DNA of 38,409 nt from Brevundimonas sp. Lineage in GTDB: Bacteria; Pseudomonadota; Alphaproteobacteria; Caulobacterales; Caulobacteraceae. Numbering within the stretch: position 1 is the first letter of the stretch; each line of letters begins with the position of its first letter. The translations under genes and the position numbers were made by a program. The stretch is from contig JADCBH010000330.1 of the NCBI GenBank assembly GCA_020253595.1, positions 1 through 38,409 of the forward strand, given 5' to 3'. A model generated the notes under the pieces. That model was not told where the DNA came from. It did not search any database and saw nothing but the letters and a program-made list of their open reading frames with translations. Positions 1-7,291 of the stretch are shown one piece after another.

Positions 1-104
1 GGCAGCTTCGCTGGTCCGTCCCCGCCGCCATAGTCGCGAGCGTACAGGCTCAGACCATCGTGAGAGGTCCATCTCCGCTCAGCGTAGGGTTGCGGCTCTG
101 ACAT
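1..104 (-). CDS. alpha/beta-fold hydrolase, N-terminal part (runs off the window edge)
   Basis: Translated by hand; not in the ORF track. ATG at 104 with GGAG 6 nt upstream gives MSEPQPYAERRWTSHDGLSLYARDYGGGDGPAKL. The DGLxLYxRDY pattern is typical of the first strands of alpha/beta hydrolases. Confidence 0.7.
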   Translation of the reverse strand, partial: MSEPQPYAERRWTSHDGLSLYARDYGGGDGPAKL

Positions 105-170
105 TCCCGGCTCCGATCACCACGCCCGTGCGCGCGACGTGAAGGTATTTCATCAACGCGGGAATTGCGA

Positions 171-692
171 TCAGGCGCCGATGAGATCGCGCACGAAAGT
201 GTCCAGGTTGCCCGTCTCGAACAGAAAGCCCGAAATGCCCGCGCGGCGCGCCGCCTCAAGGTCACTTTGGCGGTCCCCGATCATGAACGACCGGCTGAGA
301 TCGATGTCATGATCGGCGGCGGCCTTCAGGATCATTCCGGGATTGGGCTTGCGATCCGGGTGGTCCGGGTGGCGATACCGCTCGTCCTGCGCCTCGGCGT
401 GGAAGGGACAGGCGTACACCGCGCCGATACGCGCGCCCATTGACGCGAGTTTTCGCACCAGCAGGTCGTTGAAGCGATGCATCCGATCTTCGCTGAAGAG
501 ACCCCGCGCCACACCCGACTGGTTCGTGACAATGACGATCAGATAGCCCAGCGCATTCAGCCGCCGCACGGCTTCGGCGGCCCCGGGGATGAGGATCAGG
601 TGCTCATCCAGATGCGGATAGCCGCTGTCCTCGATCAGGACGCCGTCGCGATCCAGGAAGACGGCGGGAACCAAGGAGGAAGCGGGCAACAC
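171..692 (-). CDS. gmhB: HAD-IIIA phosphatase, D-glycero-D-manno-heptose 1,7-bisphosphate phosphatase (GmhB)-like
   Basis: Motifs FLDRDGV, VTNQSG, CPFH..RKPNPGM and IGDRQSD. Start moved to GTG at 692 (GGAG 6 nt upstream); the longer ORF-track start overlaps the divergent gene. Confidence 0.8.
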   Translation of the reverse strand: MLPASSLVPAVFLDRDGVLIEDSGYPHLDEHLILIPGAAEAVRRLNALGYLIVIVTNQSGVARGLFSEDRMHRFNDLLVRKLASMGARIGAVYACPFHAEAQDERYRHPDHPDRKPNPGMILKAAADHDIDLSRSFMIGDRQSDLEAARRAGISGFLFETGNLDTFVRDLIGA

Positions 693-848
693 AGGAAACT
701 CCAATGCGGGGTGCGGTTGAATACGGTCGACCGTTGCAAGGCGCAACGCGATGTGAGCCGCTTCGGTTTGGCTTTGAACGCCGCTTCGCGCTAGAGGCGG
801 CCAACCTAGAGGATGCGCGCCAGCCGCCGTCGCGAAAGACACCCCCGC

Positions 849-2012
849 ATGAGCATCGCCTTCATCGACCTGCAGGCCCAGCGCCGCCGCCTGAACGGCA
901 GGATCGAAGCCGCCATCATGGCCGCCGTCGAGAGCGGGGCCTATGTCATGGGCCCGCCGGTGCGCGAGTTCGAGACCATGCTGGCCGAGTTCGGTCAGGC
1001 GAAACACGCCGTGTCATGCGCCAACGGCACCGAGGCCCTGGTCCTGCCGCTGATGGCCTGGAACATCCGGCCGGGCGACGCCGTGTTCGTGCCCAGCTTC
1101 ACCTTCTGCGCCACGGTCGAGATCGGGCCCTGGCTGGGCGCGACCCCGGTGTTCATCGATATCGATCCCAAGACCTACAACATGGACCCGGCCCATCTGG
1201 AGGCCGCAATCGAGGCCACGATCGCCGAGGGCAAGCTCAGACCCAAGGTCGTCATTGCGGTCGACCTGTTCGGCCAGCCCGCCGACTATCCTGCGATCAA
1301 GGCCATCTGCGACAAGCACGGGCTGAAACTGATCGCTGATTCCGCTCAAGGTTTCGGCTGTACGCTGGAAGGCGGCGCCCATCCGCTGAAGTGGGCCGAT
1401 TTGACGACCACCAGCTTCTTTCCGGCAAAGCCGCTGGGCTGTTACGGCGACGGCGGGGCCGTGCTGACCGACGACGATGATCTGGCGCAGGAGATGGACA
1501 GCTATCGCGTCCACGGCAAGGCGGTGGCCAAGGACCTGAAAGGCCGCACCTTCGACCACGATCCCAAGTATCTCAACATGCGCGTGGGCATGAACAGTCG
1601 TCTGGACACCGTCCAGGCTGCCGTCCTGATCGAAAAGCTCAAGGTCTTCGGTGAGGAGATCGAGTGGCGTAACCGGATCGCGGATCGCTACAACGATCTG
1701 CTGGCACCCCACGTCACGGCCGTCCCCTATGTCCCCAACGGCAATGTGTCCAACTGGGCCCAGTACACCATCGAGCATCCGAACCGCGACGGCCTTGCCG
1801 CTCATCTGAAGGCCGAAGGCGTGCCGAGCGCGGTCTACTACCCGATCCCCTGCCACCTACAGCCGGCCTATTCACACCATCCTCGCGGCCCGGGCGGCTT
1901 GCCTGTCACAGAGGCGAAAAAGGAGGTGGTGATCAGCCTGCCGATGCACTCCGACCTGGACGAAGCCACCCAGGACCGCATCGTCGCCGCCGTCGCCAGC
2001 TTCAAGGGGTGA
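849..2012 (+). CDS. DegT/DnrJ/EryC1/StrS-family PLP-dependent sugar aminotransferase (GnnB/WbpE-like)
   Basis: Motifs FIDLQAQ, NGTEAL, DSAQGFG, SFFPAKPLGCYGDGG (PLP lysine) and NSRLD. Start taken at ATG 849. Confidence 0.9.
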   Translation: MSIAFIDLQAQRRRLNGRIEAAIMAAVESGAYVMGPPVREFETMLAEFGQAKHAVSCANGTEALVLPLMAWNIRPGDAVFVPSFTFCATVEIGPWLGATPVFIDIDPKTYNMDPAHLEAAIEATIAEGKLRPKVVIAVDLFGQPADYPAIKAICDKHGLKLIADSAQGFGCTLEGGAHPLKWADLTTTSFFPAKPLGCYGDGGAVLTDDDDLAQEMDSYRVHGKAVAKDLKGRTFDHDPKYLNMRVGMNSRLDTVQAAVLIEKLKVFGEEIEWRNRIADRYNDLLAPHVTAVPYVPNGNVSNWAQYTIEHPNRDGLAAHLKAEGVPSAVYYPIPCHLQPAYSHHPRGPGGLPVTEAKKEVVISLPMHSDLDEATQDRIVAAVASFKG

Positions 2013-2016
2013 TCCG

Positions 2017-2952
2017 ATGAGCCCGCAACTCGCTCCCCTCAAGGCCGGCGTGGCCGGTGCCGGCGTCATGGGCCGAAACCATGCCCGCGTGCTGGCCGAT
2101 ATCCGTGACTTTGACCTGACCACCGTCTTCGACATGGACGCCGTGACCGCCCAGGGTGTCGCTGACGTCTATGGAGCCGGCGCGGTGACCTCGGCCGAGG
2201 CCTTTGTCGCCGCCGGACTGGACGCAGCGGTGGTGTCGACGCCCAACCGCACCCACGCAGACCTGACTGTCGCCCTGCTGGAAAAGGGCGTCCATGTCCT
2301 GGTCGAAAAGCCGATCGCGGCGACGGTCGCGGACGCCCGGCGCATGATCGACGCCGCCGAGGCCAACGGCCGGGTGCTGATGGTTGGACAGGTCGAGCGC
2401 TTCAATCCGGCGGTCGAGGCGGTGAAGCGCGCCATCGCCGGCGAGGATGTCATCTCGATCCAGATCACCCGCGTCGGGCCCTTCCCGCCACGTATGGGCG
2501 AAGTGGGCGTGGTCATCGACCTGGCCGTCCACGACATCGACATCATTCGCCACCTGACGGGATCCGAGGTGGCCGAGGTCCAGCCGCAGTTGGCCCACAC
2601 CCGCGCCGAGCGCGAGGACACGGCGCTGCTGCAGTTCCGCATGGACAACGGGGTGATCGCCCACATCACGACCAACTGGGTCACGCCCTACAAGACCCGT
2701 ACACTCCAGGTCGCCACCCAGAACAAGTTCGTGGTCGCCGATCTGATGACCCGGCAGGTCACCGAATACTTCGGCCAGCAGCCGGACGGCAGCTATTCGA
2801 CGCGCGGCGTCCACTCCTGGCCCAACGAGCCGCTCAAGAAGGAACTGGAAGCCTTCGCTCACGCAATCCGAACTGGCGAGGCACCCGCTGTGACGGGCGA
2901 GGACGGCCTCAGGAACCTTGAGGTCGCCCTGCGTTGCCTTGGTGAAGGCTGA
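2017..2952 (+). CDS. Gfo/Idh/MocA-family NAD-dependent oxidoreductase (GnnA/WbpB-like)
   Basis: Rossmann motif GAGVMG, plus HVLVEKP, ERFNP and DLAVHDID. Starts 4 nt after the aminotransferase. Confidence 0.9.
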   Translation: MSPQLAPLKAGVAGAGVMGRNHARVLADIRDFDLTTVFDMDAVTAQGVADVYGAGAVTSAEAFVAAGLDAAVVSTPNRTHADLTVALLEKGVHVLVEKPIAATVADARRMIDAAEANGRVLMVGQVERFNPAVEAVKRAIAGEDVISIQITRVGPFPPRMGEVGVVIDLAVHDIDIIRHLTGSEVAEVQPQLAHTRAEREDTALLQFRMDNGVIAHITTNWVTPYKTRTLQVATQNKFVVADLMTRQVTEYFGQQPDGSYSTRGVHSWPNEPLKKELEAFAHAIRTGEAPAVTGEDGLRNLEVALRCLGEG

Positions 2953-3189
2953 TCAAGATCCGCCAAGGCGGGTGGCACCTGTGATCCGACAGGCATAGTC
3001 GATCTCCGGGCGACCGGATGTCGCGTTGCCGTTGGGTGTCAGAACGCCTCCGCGCGCCCTGCAATCGGCGGTGAGACGGTCCAGCTCTGCCGTGTAGCGG
3101 TTCTGGCCTTCAACGCCCGAAGTCGCACACCCGGCGAGGGTCAGCCCGACAAGCAGGAGCACGGTTGCGGAAACGGTAAATCGGGTCAT
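2953..3189 (-). CDS. small lipoprotein, hypothetical
   Basis: Signal peptide with lipobox LAGC and two further Cys (DCRARGG...YACR). GGGAG upstream fits ATG 3189 better than 3195. Confidence 0.7.
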   Translation of the reverse strand: MTRFTVSATVLLLVGLTLAGCATSGVEGQNRYTAELDRLTADCRARGGVLTPNGNATSGRPEIDYACRITGATRLGGS

Positions 3190-3221
3190 CGGCATTCTCC
3201 CATTGAAGTGGTGGATGAGGG

Positions 3222-3848
3222 CTAGCCTGGGGTCGAGATGAGCGCGTCGTCCATCTCTCGCGCTCTTATGGCCGCCGGTCGGCTCATGATCCGGCCTACA
3301 TAGGCCTTGAAGGTCTCGCGATCCGGCAAGGTCTTGAACTGAAGCCCCCAGCCGATCTGTGAGCCGACATAGACGTCGGCGGCGCTGAATCGATCGCCCA
3401 GGATGAAGGGGCCGGCTTCAACAGCGGTTTCGAGGGCGTCGACCATCTGCTCGTAGCTGCCGTACCCGACCATTCCCTGCCTTTCGGGCGGAGCCCGCCA
3501 GCCGAGCGACTTCGCAGTCACGGCAGCGTCCACCGGCCCGGCGGCGAAGAACATCCAGCGCAGATAGGCACCCCGGGCCGGATCATCGAAGGCTGGTGCC
3601 AATCCCGCCCCCGGATAGGCGTCGGCCAGATAGGCGCAGATCGCGGCGCACTCGGTTACCGTCACGCCGCGATGCCGGATGGCAGGCACCTTCCCCATCG
3701 GATTTATGGCCCGATAGGCCGGAGCCTTCATGGTCGTCCCGTAGTCCAGAACCTCGGTGCGATAGGGCTGGCCCAGCTCTTCCAGCATCCATCGCACGAT
3801 GCGACCGCGCGACATGGGGTTGGTATAGAAGACGATCTCTTCGGACAT
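3222..3848 (-). CDS. glutathione S-transferase family protein
   Basis: Motifs NPMSRG, INPMGKVP, TECAAICAYLAD and GDRFSAAD. GAGGAGG RBS before ATG 3848. Confidence 0.9.
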   Translation of the reverse strand: MSEEIVFYTNPMSRGRIVRWMLEELGQPYRTEVLDYGTTMKAPAYRAINPMGKVPAIRHRGVTVTECAAICAYLADAYPGAGLAPAFDDPARGAYLRWMFFAAGPVDAAVTAKSLGWRAPPERQGMVGYGSYEQMVDALETAVEAGPFILGDRFSAADVYVGSQIGWGLQFKTLPDRETFKAYVGRIMSRPAAIRAREMDDALISTPG

Positions 3849-3918
3849 TGGGCCTCCTCGATCACCTTCAACGATGCGCCGGACGCGATCGTGCCGCAAG
3901 GCGCGCAGGGGACCTGTT

Positions 3919-3969
3919 CATTCACGTTTCGCGGATGGACGCCCCCCGCCATTCACGAAACCGGGACGG
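3919..3969 (+). promoter_or_regulatory. candidate LytTR-type direct-repeat operator upstream of the DUF2141-oxygenase operon
   Basis: CATTCACG at 3919-3926 and 3950-3957. TTCGCGGA (3928) and TTCACGAA (3952) are 24 bp apart. 3928-3941 matches 6795-6808 at 11/14 positions. Confidence 0.4.
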
Positions 3970-4037
3970 TCGCTTCCGCAACTCCGGTGGCGGTCTGCCG
4001 GGCTGTCGGGCCAGGGTCAGGTCATCGGAGGCCGGTG

Positions 4038-4069
4038 GTCGGTCTCCCCTCGCAAATCGGAGACCCGAC
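4038..4069 (+). promoter_or_regulatory. hairpin sequestering the RBS of the first DUF2141 gene
   Basis: GTCGGTCTCC (4038-4047) pairs with GGAGACC-C-GAC (4059-4069), which contains the GGAG RBS directly before ATG 4070. Confidence 0.5.
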
Positions 4070-4483
4070 ATGATCCGCATCACCGCCCTGATCGCCGCCC
4101 TGGCTTTCGCCGCCCCGGCCCTGGCCCAACTCACCAGCGACCTGACCGTAACCTTCGAGACCGGCGCCGACACTGGTGCCCTGATGGTCGCTCTCTATGA
4201 CGCCGCCGGATACAACGGCGGCCAGCCGGTCAGGGCCGTCCGCCTCGACGTTGCCGCTGGCCAGCGGACGGCCTCCTTTGCCGGGCTCCAAGCGGGCGAG
4301 TACGGCATCCGGGCGTTTCACGACCTCAACGGCGACGGCGAGATGAACCGCAATCCGTTCGGCATGCCGACCGAGCCCTACGCCTTCTCCAACAACGCCG
4401 TGGGCAACATGGGTCCGGCAGGCTGGGACCGCGCCCGCTTCACCGTTCAGGGCGCAACGGCCCAGACCATCTCTATCCGCTGA
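4070..4483 (+). CDS. DUF2141-family secreted protein (copy 1)
   Basis: Signal peptide MIRITALIAALAFAAPALA and family signature GEYGIRAFHDLNGDG...FGMPTEPYAFSNN...GP. GGAG RBS. Confidence 0.85.
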   Translation: MIRITALIAALAFAAPALAQLTSDLTVTFETGADTGALMVALYDAAGYNGGQPVRAVRLDVAAGQRTASFAGLQAGEYGIRAFHDLNGDGEMNRNPFGMPTEPYAFSNNAVGNMGPAGWDRARFTVQGATAQTISIR

Positions 4484-4546
4484 ATCCGACGGGCCGTCGC
4501 TTTCGACGCGGCGTCCTTCCCTTTGCGCCTGATCACGAGACCCGCC

Positions 4547-6013
4547 ATGAACGCTTCCCGTCGTCACTTTCTGATGAGCGCCGCCGCCCTGTCGGCGGCG
4601 GTCGCCACGCCTGAAACCGTTTGGGCCGCAATGGCCCAGGAGGCTGCGGCCCCCTGGGCGCTTGCCACCGCCGATCTGGAAGCTGACGTGGCTCCCCGTG
4701 CGATGCGATTGGTGCACGGGCGTGCGCCCGACGGACTGGCCGGGACGCTGTTCCGCAACGGGCCCGGAAAGTTCCGCCGGCCCGGCGGTTCGGCCACCCA
4801 CTGGTTCGACGGCGACGGACTGATGCGGTCGTTCCGCATCGAGGATGGAGCCGTAATGCTGGCGGCCCGATTCGCGGACACCCCGAAACGACGCACAGAG
4901 ACCGAGATCGACGCCGTGGTGACCCCCGGTTTCGGCACGGCTGGCGACGCCCGCGCCCGGATCGGCTCAAACGACGACGCCAATGCGGCGAACACCGCCG
5001 CTATGGTCACGGGGGATAAGGTCTGGGCGCTTTGGGAGGGCGGATCACCATTACAGATGGATGCCGCGACCCTCGCGACCGAGCGGTTCGTCACCTTGCG
5101 CGATGATCTGCGGGGCATGCCCTTCCAGGCCCATCCGAGGCGGGCGCCCGACGGCACCATCTGGAACGTCGGCACCAACGCTGACCAGGCGATCATCTGG
5201 CACATGAACCCGGACGGAAGCCTCATCACGGCCGGGCTGGTGGCCCTGCCCCGCGCCAGCTACCTGCACGACTTCACAGCGACGGAGCGCTCCCTGATCT
5301 TCGTGCTCCAGCCTTGGGTGTTCGCCCAAAGGCGCATGCCCTTCTCGACCCAGTTCGCCTGGCGCCCGGAGCTAGGGACCCAGGTCCTGGTCGTGGACAA
5401 GGCGGATCTGACGAGAACGCGTGTCTTTGAGCTTCCAGCCTTCAGCTTCTTTCACCTCGGCGACGGCTGGGAAGAAGCGGATGGCACAATCCGTTTCGAC
5501 GTGGCGGCCAATCGCGACGCCTCCTTCGCCATTGAGGGTGCCCGCGTCCTGGTGGCCCAACGGGGAGCTGTTCCCGGCGAACCGAGCGTCCTGAAGCTGA
5601 TAACACTCCACGCCGACGGCCGCGCCGAGATGGCCTCTACGGGCGTGACCGCAGAGTTCCCGAAGGGGGATCCGCGTCGTCCGTGTTCGCTGCGCAATCT
5701 GACGGTTCATGTTCACGGCGAACGCGGGGATCGCCCCCTGCCTAACGGCCTGGCGATCCAGAACTGGGCGACCGGCCAGAACCAGGCCTTCCTTTTCGAC
5801 GACACCCAGATCATGGAAGAGGCCGTGTTCGTGCCCAAGCCCGGCCGAACGGACGAGGCCGATGCCTGGTTGGTCGCGCCGTCCATCAATCTCGCCGAAG
5901 GCGTAACGGAACTGCACGTCTTCGATGTCGCGGCGGTCGAAGCGGGCCCGGTTGCGACCTGGCGGGCCGATGTTGCCCTGCCGGCAGGCTTCCACGGGGC
6001 CTGGCGCGGCTAG
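4547..6013 (+). CDS. carotenoid oxygenase (RPE65/ACO/LSD) family non-haem iron dioxygenase with twin-arginine signal peptide
   Basis: Motifs RNGPG and HWFDGDG; four iron-ligand His motifs (AHP, YLHDF, FFHL, GFHG); EAVFVP. The N-terminus MNASRRHFLMSAAAL...VWAAMA is a Tat motif. Confidence 0.9.
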   Translation: MNASRRHFLMSAAALSAAVATPETVWAAMAQEAAAPWALATADLEADVAPRAMRLVHGRAPDGLAGTLFRNGPGKFRRPGGSATHWFDGDGLMRSFRIEDGAVMLAARFADTPKRRTETEIDAVVTPGFGTAGDARARIGSNDDANAANTAAMVTGDKVWALWEGGSPLQMDAATLATERFVTLRDDLRGMPFQAHPRRAPDGTIWNVGTNADQAIIWHMNPDGSLITAGLVALPRASYLHDFTATERSLIFVLQPWVFAQRRMPFSTQFAWRPELGTQVLVVDKADLTRTRVFELPAFSFFHLGDGWEEADGTIRFDVAANRDASFAIEGARVLVAQRGAVPGEPSVLKLITLHADGRAEMASTGVTAEFPKGDPRRPCSLRNLTVHVHGERGDRPLPNGLAIQNWATGQNQAFLFDDTQIMEEAVFVPKPGRTDEADAWLVAPSINLAEGVTELHVFDVAAVEAGPVATWRADVALPAGFHGAWRG

Positions 6014-6019
6014 ACGGCC

Positions 6020-6799
6020 TCAGTACCAGCCGGCGTCGCGCAACGCCCTAGCGTAGCGCCGGCTGACCGGGGCGACGACTCCCCCCTCGAGCGTCAGTGT
6101 CGCGCGACCATCGCCGCGGGCCACATCTCGAACGGCATCCTTGGCCACCCACCAGCTGCGATGGGTCTGGGCCCCTTCCAGCCCTTCCAGCTCGTCCAGC
6201 GCGTCCGACATCCGCATCAGGATCAGATCAGATCCACGGTCGGTGTGGATGCGGAGATAGTGGTCCTCCGCCTGTACGGCGCGAATGGCCGCACCCTTGA
6301 GCTTGGGCGGAAGCCTTGCCGGAAAGCGGGACGCAGGCTGGCCTGCCATGGGGGCGTGGGTCTGGATGGGTTGAGCCCGGTTCAGGAAGACGTTGATAGC
6401 GCTCATCGTGGCGGTCACGGTCACGACCGGACCCAACGACCACGGCAGGGCAGAAATGTCGTATAGTCGGCCTTCGAAGACCGGTCCGGTCGCCGCCCAG
6501 ACCATAAGGGTGACCGGACCGCTGATGGTCGCCGTCAATCCCGCCACAGCCAGCCAGGGCCGCTCGTCAAAATCAATCCAGCGCTCGATCAGCAAAGAGC
6601 ACAAATGCCCCCAACCGGCCCCCACTACCATGATCGGGACCCAGTAGGCGAACCGGAGCCAAAGCGACACTTCACCCGTGTTGAACGCCCCAGTCAGCGC
6701 CAGCACCACGCCAGCCATCGCTGCAATCGCGAGGCCCTTTGGCAAACTCTGTATGGAAGGCCCCCGGGGGCTGCGACCTGGCGACAATGGGGCGTTCAT
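6020..6799 (-). CDS. membrane-anchored LytTR-family DNA-binding regulator
   Basis: About 4 hydrophobic segments followed by the LytTR signature AEDHYLRIHT...LILMRMSDA..EL...G.QTHRSWWVA...VSRRY. No receiver domain. Start uncertain (ATG 6799 chosen). Confidence 0.88.
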   Translation of the reverse strand: MNAPLSPGRSPRGPSIQSLPKGLAIAAMAGVVLALTGAFNTGEVSLWLRFAYWVPIMVVGAGWGHLCSLLIERWIDFDERPWLAVAGLTATISGPVTLMVWAATGPVFEGRLYDISALPWSLGPVVTVTATMSAINVFLNRAQPIQTHAPMAGQPASRFPARLPPKLKGAAIRAVQAEDHYLRIHTDRGSDLILMRMSDALDELEGLEGAQTHRSWWVAKDAVRDVARGDGRATLTLEGGVVAPVSRRYARALRDAGWY

Positions 6800-6867
6800 G
6801 GGTGGACGGGCGGCTCGTGCTGGTGTTTCGCTTTTGCCGGACGGCGCGACACTGAGAGGGCGTTTCG

Positions 6868-7287
6868 ATGAAGTTGGCAATCGTATCGATGAGTCTGGGT
6901 CTGATGATCGCAGCCAGCGGTGCCGAGGCGGCAGATCTGAACTTGACCCTTCGAACGCAGGGCTCCGGGGGCAATCTGGCGATCGCCGTCTATGACAGCG
7001 CGGATGCCCTACGCCAAAGCCGCAATCCGGTGGCGACCCGGACCGTGCCTGCGTCTGGCGGGGCCGTTTCGGTAACTATTCCCGGTCTGGCCCCCGGTCG
7101 CTACGCGGTAGCCGTTTTTCACGACGCTGACAGTAACGGCGAACTGACGCTTTGGCCCGTCGGCCTGCCACGCGAAGCCTATGGCTTTTCGCGCAACGCC
7201 CGAGGTCGTTTTGGCCCTCCGGCCTTCGATGCTGCCGCTTTCGACCTGCCCGTCACGGGTAGCCGGCAAGCCATCACACTGCGCTAG
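6868..7287 (+). CDS. DUF2141-family secreted protein (copy 2)
   Basis: Signal peptide ending in AEA and signature GRYAVAVFHDADSNG...GLPREAYGFSRN...FGPP.FD. Divergent from the LytTR gene. Confidence 0.85.
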   Translation: MKLAIVSMSLGLMIAASGAEAADLNLTLRTQGSGGNLAIAVYDSADALRQSRNPVATRTVPASGGAVSVTIPGLAPGRYAVAVFHDADSNGELTLWPVGLPREAYGFSRNARGRFGPPAFDAAAFDLPVTGSRQAITLR

Positions 7288-7291
7288 ACAT

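Noticed and set aside
693-1007. N-terminal extensions given by the ORF track for gmhB (and likewise the GST, DUF2141, DUF3576, parB, mnmG, qor, hemH, ppsR, maf and secB)
   Set aside because: They overlap neighbouring genes or promoters; downstream starts have RBSs or stop/start overlaps and match family N-termini.
4486-4520. GC-rich hairpin between the first DUF2141 gene and the oxygenase as a terminator or REP element
   Set aside because: The stem is imperfect, there is no clear U-tract, and I found no second copy; at most an mRNA-stabilising or attenuating stem.
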